From: Octopus vulgaris
Lineage: Eukaryota
Length of the DNA stretch: 64,000 bases
Assembly (NCBI GenBank): GCA_951406725.2
Contig: OX597832.1
Span: 45,756,001 to 45,820,000 of the forward strand
Direction: 5' to 3'
Made by a program: the position numbers and the translations under genes. This document shows positions 40,667 to 54,817 of the stretch, piece after piece (the stretch's first letter is position 1; every line of letters starts with the position of its first letter). Under the pieces are notes generated by a model, which saw only the letters and a list, made by a program, of their open reading frames with translations, did not search any database and was not told the origin of the DNA.

Positions 40667-40899
40667 TCTTACTCTTTACTCTTTTACCTATTTCAGTCAT
40701 TTGACTGCGGCCATGCTGGAGCACCGCCTTTAATCAAGCAACTCGACCCAGGGACTTATTCTTTTGTAAGCCCAATACTTATTCTATCGGCCTCTTTTGC
40801 CGAACCGCCAAGTGACGGGGACATAAACACACCAGCATCGGTTGTCAAGCAATGCTAGGGGGACAAACACAGACACACAAACATACACACGCATACATA

Positions 40900-40981
<82 letters not shown>

Positions 40982-41146
40982 TACGACGGGCTTCTTTCAG
41001 TTTCCGTCTACCAAATCCACTCACAAGGCTTTGGTCGGCCCGAGGCTATAGTAGAAGACACTTGCCCAAGGTGCGACGCAGTGGGACTGAACCCGGAACC
41101 GTGTGGTTGGTAAACAAGCTACTTACCACACAGCCACTCCTGCACC
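40667..41146 (-). mobile_element. SINE B, full length, with expanded internal (TA)n
   Basis: Reverse-complement homologue of 33833-34230. Confidence 0.85.
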
Positions 41147-41234
41147 TTAATGTATATATTATATATATTCGTATTAAAAAGAGGTCGCTCTGCGTTATAA
41201 CACTATTACTAACTTTTATATTCCGTTAAAATAA

Positions 41235-42388
41235 AAGGGTGCGTAAGGGGTTTTTGAGATCATACCTTTTTTCAGGTCATTGCTCCATTTTTTGCTAAAT
41301 CTGTATAATATTTGTTTCAGAAAATAATAATGGCAGACCCTCAGCATACTCAAGAAATGAATAGGCATGCTGTTATTGTGGTTATAAAGGCTTATTTAGA
41401 TATATCTGGAGTTTTACAAGTTGCCAGAATTTTCGTCTATAAAGTTTGTAAGGAGCTAGAAATTGAAGATGGAAACCTATCGCCAGTATCAAAGCATAAA
41501 AAGCATTCTAAACGCTCTGAAATAATCGGAATACCTGAATTTATCCAGCAAGTTCAATAGACCATTGATTACAATCCTAGAAGGTCCATGAGATCAATTG
41601 CTAAAGATCTCCAGGTATCAGAAATGTTCTCCACAAAGACATCGGATATAAGTCTTATATGATATGGAAAGGTCAATTTTTCGAAAAAGCAAACAAAAAT
41701 CACTACATCAGATCTAAAAGGTTCTTAAAACAAACTAAAAATTCCGACAGGGGAAGATTCGATTTGGCTTTTGTCAAACGAGAAAAACTTCGTTCAAGAT
41801 CAAAAAGTAAACAGAAAGAAATGACAGCTGGTAAAGTGCAGACCCTTCTGAAGTTCCATGTATTATTCGTACAAAATTTCATTTTGGGGGTTGTCCGCAA
41901 TGGAGGACAACCACAAGGTCGTAGAGTTCACATTGCCGCCTACATTGAGGTTCTGGAAATAATTGTTAAGCCCTGGTTAGACAGTGTAAGCAAGGTGAGG
42001 TCATATGTATTCCAGTAAGATTCTGCACTATCACACATGGCTCTAATAACACATGAATGGATGGCTGAAAATTTTCCTGATCACATAACCCCTAACATTT
42101 GGTGTCCTACTTCACCAGATCTCAATCCATTGGACTATTACATGTGGAGTGTTGTTAAGAGGGAGGTTAATGAACACGCCCATAATACCAAAGATTTTAT
42201 GAAAGCTGCCGTACTCAGAGTAATATCCAAAATGGACCAGGACCACTTGATTCAAGCATGTAGATGATTTAGATCTCATATAGAAGCAGTTGTTAAAGCT
42301 GAAGGTGGGTTTATTGAATAACATTATAGAAAAGACTGTTTATTTTTATCCTTATAGCATTCTTTGATAAATAAAGTTATTATCTGTT

Positions 42389-42431
<43 letters not shown>

Positions 42432-42464
42432 ATAAATCTGTCCTCAAATATCTTATGCACCCTG
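41235..42464 (+). mobile_element. DD37D (maT-like) transposon relic
   Basis: FQ*D-SALSHMALITHEWMAENFPDHITPNIWCPTSPDLNPL-DYYMW has 37 residues between the second and third D. C-terminus FRSHIEAVVKAEGGFIE. Degenerate TIRs AGGGTGCGTAAG and CTTATGCACCCTG. Several stops and frameshifts. Confidence 0.85.
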
Positions 42465-43369
42465 TTAATGCTTTCGTGTCATTTCTGGAGTCTGCGAAAG
42501 AAATTCTTGTTCGGCATGTAAGGAAATATCGACTCTTATATGCGTATGTGAAAAATTACCACTGTCCAAAGTTCACTCTAGAACGCTGAATAGAAATGTT
42601 AATATGGAAAGCGTCTTAATTATGCATAGATTACAGAATGGTACTATATATAATATTAGTGTTTGCTTTGACATAAAAGATCGATAGTAACATTGTAAGC
42701 TTAATGTATTATTTCTTAAATACGCATTTTGGTGAGGCAGGCTAGTATCGAAGTGTCATTCTATATGTCCGAAAGTGAAATCTCATTTTAAATAGATTTC
42801 AGTTTATGCGATCTAATCTATACTATTTTGATCAATTTTACTTTTCACTTTGGCTACGTAGATAAATGATTTTTTTCGAGGTAATTAAAAGCAGATATGA
42901 AATTGCTGAACGACAATTTCAATTGTGACGATAGTTATTTTGGTTTTGCTGATTAAAATGATTATTTTCATTTAATTAATAAATGATTAAAATTTTGACG
43001 TATTTCGTTACATGGATAGCTAACTTTTTATTTTATTTTATGTTGAAGAATTTTCTATTTATATATTTGGAAGAATACTCAAACTTACAATATTGACATA
43101 TATAATATTTTTACGGCGATCTGGCAATGATTCAATACGGTATATAAAACTAAATAATTTTTTCTGCACTTTAATTTATTCCTGCACGTTATTAGTATTT
43201 CGTACTGTTATTAAAACAACCGACAATCCAGTGGATTCTTATATAAATATGTACTACTAATTTCAACGAGGGGTTCATCCTAAGAGATATGCAAGATCTT
43301 TTCGGCAAATTCTGATAAATGCATCACAAGACGTATGACAAGTAGTTAGAATTGTGATAAAAATATATT

Positions 43370-43720
43370 CATTTCTACTCTAGGTACAAGGCCCAAAATT
43401 TTTGAAGAAGGGGCCGAGTCGATTAGATCGACCCCAGTACGCAACTAGTACTTAATTTATCGACACCCGAAAAGGATGAGAGGCAAAGTTGACCACGGCG
43501 GAATTTGAACTCAAAACGTAAGCTGGCAGAATCGTTAGCACGTCAGGCGAAATGCTTAGCGGCATTTCATCTACCACTACGTTCTGAGATCAAATTCTAC
43601 CGGCGTTGATTTTGCTTGTCATCCTTTCGGGTCCTATAAATTAAGTACCAGTCAAGTTTTGGGGTCTATGTGGTCGATGTGGTCGACAATCTCTCAATTT
43701 CAGACCTTTTGCATACAGTT
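43370..43720. mobile_element. Two SINE A fragments in divergent orientation (minus about 43370-43520, plus about 43521-43720)
   Basis: GGAATTTGAACTC (minus-strand B box) is followed directly by AGCTGGCAGAATCGTTAG (plus-strand head). Confidence 0.7.
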
Positions 43721-43940
43721 GAAAAGGATTATCTGCGATAGGAGAGAATGTTCATCGAATACTACAAATTGTAATAGTTTTGTTAGGCAAGAACAGTGGT
43801 ATATAATAACGAATTTGATGAGTGTATATTTTCATTTATTACGTATACAGCTTCATTGCTGTCATCAGAACATTTGATGACGACGACTAAATCGCAAGTT
43901 CGAAGTTACACTAACACTTTTCAAACAAAAATTAATAATA

Positions 43941-44117
43941 GGCGCAGGGGTGGCTGTGTGGTAAATAGCTTGCATACCAACCCCATGGTTCTGGGTTCAA
44001 TTCCAGTGCATGGTATCTTGGGCAAGTGTCTTCTACTGTAGCCTCGGGCCGACCAAAGCCTTGTGAGTGGATTTGGTAGACTGAAACTGGAAGAAACCCG
44101 TCGTATATATATGTATA

Positions 44118-44214
<97 letters not shown>

Positions 44215-44436
44215 TGTGCGCGTGTGTTTGTGTGTCTGTGTTTGTCCCCTCAGCATCGCTTGACAACTGATGGTGGTGCGTTTACGTCTCCGTAACTTAG
44301 CGGTTCGGCAAAAGAGAACGATATAATAAGTACTAGGCTTACAAAGAAAAAGTCCTGGGGTCGATTTGCTCGACAAAAGACGGTACTCCAGCATGGCCGC
44401 AGTCAAATGACTGAAACAAGTAAAAGATTAAAAGAG
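43941..44436 (+). mobile_element. SINE B, full length, with internal (TA)n/(GA)n
   Basis: Homologue of 33833-34230. Confidence 0.85.
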
Positions 44437-44882
44437 TAATGTCCAGATAAACACAGATCCACACACGCACGCACACAAATAGCAATTTATTAGGTAACCA
44501 GTGATTTTAAAAAGATTAAATATGACAAATAACCAGAGTTTAACATGCAAAAAAAAACCCGCAAGAAAACAATACGGGGATTCATGCGCCATGTTTAGTT
44601 ACCAGGTAAATATTCAGCACAGATAAACAAAAATCTAATAACATAAAGCTACCGAACTTCAGGAATGTCTTCTGGTACTTTAATGATTGAAACAAATTAA
44701 TTGAACGAAAGCCAGATAACTCCAATGAAGATCATTAGTGTTGAATAACTAATTGTTCTTAATTCGTAATGAAGTAAATATATATTTATGTCCGGGATTG
44801 AAGAACACGCGCCGGAAAAATGCGATTGATGATCATCAATATCAAAAGTTATTCTGTTGAAAAATATGATAAGCAGACGTAC

Positions 44883-44960
<78 letters not shown>

Positions 44961-44961
44961 G

Positions 44962-45167
44962 TATCGGGAGAGTTTACGAAAAAAAAACAACAAAAGATGA
45001 AGACAGGTGGTGTACAAAACAAACAGATGTATTAGTATAAGGCTCAGGGATAGAAAAAGTCTTTTACGTTTCGAGCCTACGTTCTTCTACAGAAAGGGGC
45101 ACAGAAAAAAAAGGAGAGCAACAAGGAGAGAAAAAATGCGTGTAGTGGCTAACGATCTATTATGGCG
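44962..45167 (-). mobile_element. Family X element in (TCTA)n with minimal hammerhead variant at 45061-45096
   Basis: Minus strand: cttt CTGTAGA a gaac-gtag-gctc GAAAC GTA aaag. Confidence 0.7.
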
Positions 45168-45179
45168 TCTATCTATCTC

Positions 45180-45262
<83 letters not shown>

Positions 45263-45271
45263 CCTACCTAC

Positions 45272-45392
<121 letters not shown>

Positions 45393-45759
45393 CGTTCTCT
45401 GACGGCTTGTATGTATACAATCATATGTGCGTTAACAGCAGCAACAGAGTTCTTTAGCCCTTATTTCTAGCAGTGTAGGGGTCCTAAAATTCTCAGTCAT
45501 ATCTAACGATATTTATTGTTTTCCTTTTTGGTGAAATTCTGCTAACTTGCTGCCCCATTTAATTATATATATATGTGTGTGTTTGTGAGGGTGTGCATCT
45601 CTTTATATGTCGACATATATATATATATATATATACATACATAGATGCATACATGCCTATAAAGATACTTATATACGTACAGATGCATATATTTATTTGT
45701 GTATGTTTGTATTTATGAGGCTGTTTCAAATATAGTAAATTTACACACCCACACACACA

Positions 45760-45798
<39 letters not shown>

Positions 45799-46503
45799 AT
45801 TCTCTTTCTCTCTCGTGCACACACTCACGTATGGATCTTATTTACTTGTCAAGTTCTTTATGTGGAACTTAACTTAAACCTGATATAAACTTAATTTACT
45901 TTGTATAATTTTAAATAAATCGTGATTTAACAATAGGAGACTAAGAGACATTTCCTAATCTATTAAACATATCCAAATCGTCTGGGCTTCTGTGAATGTT
46001 ATATGAAAAGCTAAAGTATATTAATTTACATCGCATTTGAAATATGGCTGCTGTCAACTTAATTACGGTGTTTTCAAAACACTGACGGAAAATAGAAACG
46101 GCTTACGTCATTTAGAATGACATATAGGAGATGCCAGACGATCTGTTGCATGAATTGTTCTATGTTAACGTAGCAAAAATTAGTCTATTACATCTCTCAA
46201 ATCCGGAAATATCATTCCGCTGAGATATAGATGCTGTTACAACGTGTATTATCTGTTCAATTAAGGACGTTTTACCATCAAGTACACACCTTGTCCCTCG
46301 CCCACATATGACTCCTGAGCTTAGTATACTGTTTAGCCAAATTTAGTTACTGCTTGGAAGGATATAGAAAACTTTGAATCAGCTATAGTTGCTTCATAGG
46401 CTGTTTATAAAGGAGTGATGCTGGAGCTGTGAAATCTTGAATACATTGATTTGAAATCTTCATAATAATAAATCCATTGCTTCTTTCCAAGTAAACTGAC
46501 ATC

Positions 46504-47284
46504 TTATTTCTTTACTGCCCCCAAGGAGCTACACAGAAAGGGGACAAGATGGGACAGACAAACGTATTAAGTCGATTATATCGACCCCAGTGCGTAACTG
46601 GTACTTATTTAATCGAATCCGAAAGGATGAAAGGCAGAGTCAATCTCCGCGGAATTTGAACTCAGAACGTAGCGGCAGACGAAATATCTATTTTTTTACT
46701 GCCCACAAGAGGCCACACACAGAGGGAACAAACAAGGACAGACAAACGGATTAAGTCAATTATATCGACCTCAGTGCGTAACTGGTACTTATTTAATCGA
46801 CCCCGAAAGGATAAAAGGCAGAGTCAATCTCCGCGGAATTTGAACTCAGAACGTAGTGGCAGACGAAATATCTATTTTTTTACTGCCCACAAGGGGCCAC
46901 ACACAGAGGGGACAAAAAGGGACAGACAAACGGATTAAGCCGATTATATCGACCCCAGAGCGTAACTGGTACTTATTTAATCGACCCCGAAAGGATAAAA
47001 GGCAAAGTCGACCTTGGCGGAATTTGAACGCAGAACGTAGCGGCAGACAAAATACCTATTTCTTTATTACCCACAAGGGGCTAAACACAGAGGGAATAAA
47101 CAAAGACAGACATAGGTAGTAAGTCGATTATATCGACCCCAGTTCGTAACTGGTACTTAATTTATCGACCCCGAAAGGATGAAAGGCAAAGTCGACCTCG
47201 GCGGAATTTGAACTCACAACGTAACGCAGACGAAATACCGCTAAGCATTTCGCCCAGCGTGCTAACGATTCTGTCAGCTCGCCA
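46504..47284 (-). mobile_element. Head-to-tail array of four SINE A units (about 183 bp period) sharing one 5' head
   Basis: TATTT(C/T)TTTA starts recur near 46505, 46689, 46873 and 47057; the head appears only at about 47240-47284. Confidence 0.85.
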
Positions 47285-47669
47285 CTTTTAGATGCTAGGT
47301 AAACTGACATTTGACAGTTCAAAGAAGATTTCAAATGTAACTGGTAGCGACGTCTCTTGAAAATGGACGAACTTTAGCATCGTGGTGTTATTAGGTATCT
47401 GCAGGAAAAAGAATTTAATCCCCGAGCGAATTCATATACGAATACAATTCAAATGAATATCCGACTATTCTAGAGCAGATCATATCATATAGACTTTTGA
47501 CTACAAATTATCTATGAAGTCTTTTGTGATATTGTCTGTGATAGCTGTGTGATTCATTACATAGTTGATCGATTTTCAACAGAAGAGAATAACAAGGTTT
47601 GGTGGGATAACCTTCGATGAATTGGAGATATAAAGGAATAGAGTAAAAATGAAAAAGAATGACATGACG

Positions 47670-47731
<62 letters not shown>

Positions 47732-47734
<3 letters not shown>

Positions 47735-48005
47735 AGGCGCAATGGCCCAGTGGTTAGGGCAAAGGACTCGCGGTTTCGATTCCCAAACCGGGCGTTTTTG
47801 TGTGTTTATTGAGCGAAAACACCTAAAGCTCCACGAGGCTGCGACAGGGGGTGGTGGTGACCCCTGTTGTACTCTTTCGCCCCAACTTTCTCTCACTCTT
47901 TCTTCTTGTTCCTTGAGTACCGCTGCAATGGACTGGCGACTGGTCCAGCTAGGGGGAACACAAACATCATTGAAACCGGGAAACCGGGCTTGAAAAGCGC
48001 GCATA
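47732..48005 (+). mobile_element. tRNA-derived SINE family C, tail type 1
   Basis: GGAGGCGCAATGGCCCAGTGGTTAGG...GGTTTCGATTCCC; tail GCAATGGACTGGCG...GAAACCGGG. Confidence 0.85.
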
Positions 48006-48036
48006 AATAAAAAAAAAATAAATAAATATCTATCTT

Positions 48037-48040
48037 TATA

Positions 48041-48137
<97 letters not shown>

Positions 48138-48145
48138 ATATATAA

Positions 48146-48210
<65 letters not shown>

Positions 48211-48228
48211 TATATATATATATATATG

Positions 48229-48260
<32 letters not shown>

Positions 48261-48302
48261 CACTTATATATATATATATATGTGTGTATATATGTATATA
48301 TA

Positions 48303-48348
<46 letters not shown>
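48037..48348. repeat. Long interrupted (TA)n microsatellite
   Basis: Read directly from the sequence. Confidence 0.95.
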
Positions 48349-48354
<6 letters not shown>

Positions 48355-48783
48355 CAAACGATAAGCACTTAGTGTAATTATAGGATTTAATAATAGACTC
48401 TTCCAAAATATAAAAAAAAAATAACAGGTTTAAAAGAGTTATCGAGGGTAAAGTACCTGACTAACCCTCTCGTGATGAAAATGATTTAATTTACATTAAA
48501 ATACACTGAACAATAATATTTGTACGTTCGTGTTAATTGCTTAAAATTAATTTTCCGAAATTATGTTTAAATGTACAAATATTTCCTAATTGAAAATTGC
48601 TACCATCCATTTGATTTGTTTCCCACAGAGAAATATATGAAATTTGAACATTATGGAGTTGATGTTTAAATTCTTTATCTGACTGCAATAATAGCTGAGC
48701 TTTCTAAAGTATATTGCTAATTTCAGCAATAAACGACTTATATCTGGAGTAATGTAGAATTAAACATTGAATAGTTTTCCAAA

Positions 48784-49180
48784 TCTTTATATATAAAAGA
48801 AAGGTTGTGTGTCTGTCTACTCCGATTTAGATTCCTAACTACTCCCACATTTTGCGGTGCAGTTTAACCAAAACCGGGTATCTTATAGTCGTGATTCATA
48901 TCGAGCCCTTCTGGGTATTAGCGCGCGTCTACGATGAGTCTACGATTTTAAAAATAATTTACCATTATTTTTTTCCATTTTAATGCATATTTTTTTTTAA
49001 TGTAAAGGAAGTAACACTCTAAAAATGTCTACGATGAGTCAACGATTAAAAAAAAAATTTACCACAATTTTTTTTTCCTTTTTTAATGCATTTTTTGCTA
49101 TTTTTTGGCTATAACTCTCTAAAAATGCTTATATAGTTATTTCCCTTACAAACCCGAGCAACGCCGGGCGATACTGCTAG
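48784..49180 (+). mobile_element. Non-autonomous Helitron
   Basis: 5' TC, 3' hairpin CCCGAGCAACGCCGGG followed by CTAG; inserted between A48783 and T49181 with no TSD. Confidence 0.8.
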
Positions 49181-49289
49181 TTAAATATAATGTAATTATT
49201 TATTCGTTTCTTATATTTTATTTTGATATAAGGGAAACTTAGGAGCTAACGCCAAGAACGACATTTTTGAAACAGATGGTGTACGTTAT

Positions 49290-49748
49290 TAGATTCAAAT
49301 TTTGGGACAAGGCTTGCAATTCCAGATGAGTGGGTAAATCGTTTACATCAACCCCATTGCACAACTGGCAGACGAATTACTACCCACAAGGGGTTAAACA
49401 CAGAGGGGACAAACACGGACAGACAAACGGATTAAGCCGATTATATCGACCCCAGTGCGTAACTGGTACTTAATTTATCGATCCCGAAAGGATGAAAGGC
49501 AAAGTCGACCTCGGCGAAATTTGAACTCAGAACTTAGCGGCAGACAAAATACCTATTTCTTTTCTACCCACAAGGGGCTAAACATAGAGGGGACAAACAA
49601 AGACAGACAAACGGATTAAGCCGATTACATCCACCCCAGTGCGTAACTAGTACTTAATTTATCGACCCCGAAAGGATGAAAGGCAAAGTCGACCTCGGCG
49701 GAATTTGAACTCAGAACGGCGTGCTAACGGTTCTGCCAGCTCGCCACC
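49290..49748 (-). mobile_element. Tandem SINE A units
   Basis: Two units of about 180 bp plus a partial alternative tail. Confidence 0.8.
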
Positions 49749-50378
49749 AAGATTTAAGCAAATACATTTGTCTGATATGAATACCTTTCCAACACATATT
49801 ATTTGTACTTATAAAACCAACGAGTTAGATCAAATTTGAGAGGTTATTAAATAGCCCTTCGTCGTGCCCAATTAAAAATGTTACCTACTAATCCCTCTAA
49901 ACCTTTTTCTTTTGAAAATATTAATGGAATAATTCTTTTTTCCATATTGATATTTTTCATCTCTTTTTCGAATGCATATACTTTTAATTGACATCATATA
50001 GAATAGTTTTCCTGTTGGGTATTTACTGAACGTAATTATCATACATAATATCATCTGCGTATAATATAATTTATATTTGCATTTCAGATATTAATCATCA
50101 GTTCACTCCATGGATTTAATAATGGCTTCTAGAGATATCTCCAGAGGCTTTACGAACATATTTTAAGAAATACGTGGTGTATTTGTAAAGTGGAAAAGAG
50201 ACACATATCAATAGAGTTCATTAAAAGTGCTTATCATGCATGTTTCGGTGCGGAATGTAATTAGGAGATCAAGAACCAGTATACAGCTTCACACAAAGTT
50301 TGATGCAGGTTACAGCGTTGGCAGACTACACTAATAGCAAAAAAAGAATATATATATATATATTTACCTATATATATT

Positions 50379-50435
<57 letters not shown>

Positions 50436-50445
50436 ATATATATTT

Positions 50446-50494
<49 letters not shown>

Positions 50495-50720
50495 ATATAT
50501 ATATATATATATATACATATATATGTATATGAATCCATATATATATATACATACATATATGTACGTATCTCCCTCTCTCCCTATCTCCCACTCCAAAACA
50601 CACACATATACATATGTATATATATGCATGTAAGTACGTATAAGTATATATGTGTTTGTGCATGTGTGTCAACATGTATATATTTATATAGAGAATATAT
50701 ATATATATATATATATATAC

Positions 50721-50763
<43 letters not shown>

Positions 50764-51000
50764 GAGGGGAGACATGATATTGATGTGATCGCGAATAGCG
50801 CCGAAAGAGTTTGGACATGTAAAGAACCAATTGATTGTTTTAACCAGCACATTGAGTAAGAGATCGAATAGTTAGTTGGCTAGATATCTCACCAATGGAC
50901 TAACAATAAGGCAGTGATTTTGAATCAGTGCATATGATTATTGTCATTGGCGTAATGACCCTCTCAAGACACAAGATGTGTGTATATCTATGTATCTATG

Positions 51001-51072
<72 letters not shown>

Positions 51073-51077
51073 CACAT

Positions 51078-51132
<55 letters not shown>

Positions 51133-51156
51133 TACATATAGATACACACATACACA

Positions 51157-51209
<53 letters not shown>

Positions 51210-52049
51210 AAGATATATATTAGAAGAAATAAGGTACTCAGAAATCTGGATGGTTTTATATTAACTGATTTTTATTAATATGTATACATGTTGTTATAAA
51301 TCATATATTAGCGCTTGCATCTACTCTGGGATTGCACGCCCCATGCCCCATGATTCCATATTTTGTGTCCCTCGTCCGTGTGAAAAAACTAAATCATAAC
51401 GATACTGAGGTTGATCTAATTTCAGTTAATGAAATGACGATGTTTATAAAATAATCATGAACAGAAGCCGAACTGAACAACTCAGGGGAAAGACAAAACC
51501 ATCCAAAGAATTTATAGAACTTTTATCATCTAATCTGCAGAAGAAAAAAAAATTGGTTTTCAGTGCTTTCTTGTTTTGGTATAGAAAACACTATTAATAT
51601 TTGTGCCGTTTTGTGTGCACCGCATTGGTCCTGGTGTCTTTTACTTCTTGCTATAAAATATTGGAGTTTGTATGCAAGCGAGGTATTGAATAAGAAAGCA
51701 ATGACTGCGGGTTGTTATCATTGATTTTTTGGAAGACAAGACTAATCTTAAATGGTGTTGTGTCACAATGGTAATACATATAAATCGATATCTGTAGCTC
51801 ATTCTGTTCAAATATCTAAAGTTTATATATTTACTTACGTACTACATGCAACAAATGCACTCGAACAAAAACACACAGGCATATAAGTATAGAATAACAT
51901 ATCCGATCACCTCTGCGCATGTGTTTAAGCATCTGCCTGTATTCAAACATAGTCATTCATAAGCTGGCCACACTCTGACAAATATACTAACAAATCCATT
52001 TAATGCCCGGTACTTCCATTATAGGGTAGTACTGATATTGTTGAGCCAC

Positions 52050-52243
52050 CGGACAAACAAGGACAGACAAACGGATTAAGTCGATTACATCGACCCCAGT
52101 GCGTAAGTGGTACTTAATTTATCGACCCCCGAAAGGATGAAAGGCAAAGTCGACCTCGGCGGAATTTGAACCCAGAACGTAACGGCAGACGGAATACGGC
52201 TACGCATTTCGCTCGGCGTGCTAACGTTTCTGCCAGCTCGCCC
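52050..52243 (-). mobile_element. SINE A, 3'-truncated
   Basis: Reverse-complement homologue of 10321-10552. Confidence 0.85.
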
Positions 52244-53304
52244 CCTTGAAGCAGCGAAAACCCCACTGGAATGGGAGAAAGCGCTAATAATCCGAATGAT
52301 ATGATCTGAATGATATGATATATATATGTAAAAAATGTAATATATAAATAAATATCTATAAATATGAACCATCCGATCTGATTACCTCATTTCTTCTAAT
52401 ATATATATATATATAATAGAAATATTAAAATTACTAATCTCTCTAAAGGAGATTACGACAGCGTTATTGGAAATTATATATATATATATATATATAACTA
52501 GTAGAAATCTGCTTAGTCAGGGGTTAGAGAAGTTCGTTAAATTAAGGACTATTTTATCTGAAATTATTAGCTTCGATTTGAAATGAACATGTGCTTTACC
52601 TTGTAGCTCCGCATTTCACTTCGAGGCCAAAAGAAATTCTATGTATTGAGAATACATGATTAGTTTAACTCTCACTCACTTTCCATTTGTGTGCGTATGT
52701 GAAAGTAATTACGTATATGGATATGCGTTGGAATACGTTTGTGTATATCTGCTGCGTTTGTGCATTTTTTTGTTCCTCTAATGCTTACGTAAGCACAGAA
52801 CTCCACGACCTAGAACAAACAGTTCACATAGCTGCAAAGACTTCCACTCACTTCAACCGTCTTCTACACGCGCTCATATATATATCTTACAGAACACAAA
52901 TTTATTCCAATCATATAGAAATCCAAAGAATGCACAAAAGCAAAATAAATAATAAATTTAGAATGAAAAGAAACACGATGCAATAAAATAAAATAAAATA
53001 AAATAAAATAAGATGAAAATAAAATACGCTAAGTTCATATTTGAAGAGGGATAATGGATCGGATTACAACGTATATTTTCGTTAGCTCTTTCTATTAAAT
53101 CCTTATTGGTTACATTCAATTTTGACGTGTTTTAAATATGCTTTAAGTACATAAGAATATCATGAATGTTGCAATGGATCTCTTCAGGCTCCTTCCTCTC
53201 CGTCTCCTTCCTCTCCGTCTCCTCATCATCTTCGCCTGTCATTTCACTCTCCACGTCTCGATCTGTCTGTCTGTCTATCTGTCTATCTCTCTGTTTTTTT
53301 CTTT

Positions 53305-53339
<35 letters not shown>

Positions 53340-54182
53340 GTGTCACATACAGTATGCTATTTCTCTTTGCTCCCCCTTTGCTCTATTCTTTCTGTCTGTT
53401 TGTCATTCTCTATCTCTCTCTTTTTCTTTCTCTCTCTCTCTCCATCTCTCTCTCCTCACACACGCGCATCTGCACACACATATATTTATCTGGTGCATTT
53501 ACATACACGCTCATACGTGCACAATCAAATATGAATGAACTGACATAATTGTATGGTCGTATGACTGCGCACACGTGTATGTATGTATATATATGTATAT
53601 ATGCAGAGAGAAAGAGTGAAAGCGGGAGAGGATTATATATATATGCATGTGTGCGTATATGCGAATGTTCAATCTAAATTACATAACCTTATATGCACAA
53701 GCAGATAATAAATATGCACATTTAGATTCTCACTCATTGCAAGATTCATGCACACGCATTTCCTCGCTCAGACGTCGCTCACAATCTAGTCCAGCAGAGA
53801 TAGAGACACAGCCACAGACACAGACAAACAGACAGACAGACACACACACACGCACACACACACACACACACACACAACGACACACACAACCACACGCACA
53901 CACACTGACAACGACAGATTCTGCGCCATTTACATTGTCACAAAGTGTTTCTCATTCACATACATCCATGCATTTATTTAAACATTCTTACACATGTATA
54001 CATACACAAACGCACACTTGAGGTGCGGTCCACCCCGGGCGACAATTGTGCGTCTGTAGAATCTTGTGTAGGCTGTGTTGCTCCTGAGTAGAGTTGGGTA
54101 GCAAGATATAGGGCTACACCGGGCGGCACTGATTCTACTTACACAACTGGATTCTATCACAAAACATAATACCCATTGTTAG

Positions 54183-54215
<33 letters not shown>

Positions 54216-54519
54216 GTAGTTTGATCGTAGGTGATCTACTTCTAGCATATGGCTGACCACATAGTGATTTTTAGCCCTTTAAATATACATATGTAATAGA
54301 ATTTTCTCTGATTTTTCAGATTTTTGTATGCTAGGCTACTGGTTTTAAATTGATATTAATTAAACCAATATTCAATTTATTTCTCTCATTATTTAAATAC
54401 ATATATATATACCTGTACATACATAGACACATACACACTCATACACAATCGCACTCACACACACGCACATACATGCTCACACATTTATATATATATGTAT
54501 ATATATGTGTGTGGGTGTG

Positions 54520-54611
<92 letters not shown>

Positions 54612-54616
<5 letters not shown>

Positions 54617-54815
54617 AATCCAAACGGGAAACAAAAAACAACAACAATGGAACAATTACAGTATTATTATTAATAGGCGCTCAGGAAATGGAAGCAGGGA
54701 GGTATGACGTTTCGAGCGGAGCTCTTCGTCGGAAACATAAAGAAGGAAGAGAGAGGAAAGAAAGATCCCAGAGCGGGCAACGGAGATAGAGAAAAAACGA
54801 CTGGTGTTAGGAGTT
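54612..54815 (-). mobile_element. Family X-related element with U4C hammerhead variant at 54702-54737
   Basis: Minus strand: tgttt CCGACGA a gagc-tcc-gctc GAAAC GTC atac; shares GGCGCTCAGGAA and overall layout with family X. Confidence 0.6.
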
Positions 54816-54817
54816 AC

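Noticed and set aside
43835-43872. CTGATGA with a CAGC/GCTG stem on the minus strand
   Set aside because: Followed by TATAC rather than GAAAC and has no stem I. Other isolated CTGANGA hits (near 21279, 21921, 25308, 62247) also lack the fold.
54010-54180. GC-richer segment with a hairpin and possible minus-strand splice signals
   Set aside because: No recognisable peptide; the hairpin has many bulges; more likely a decayed MITE.
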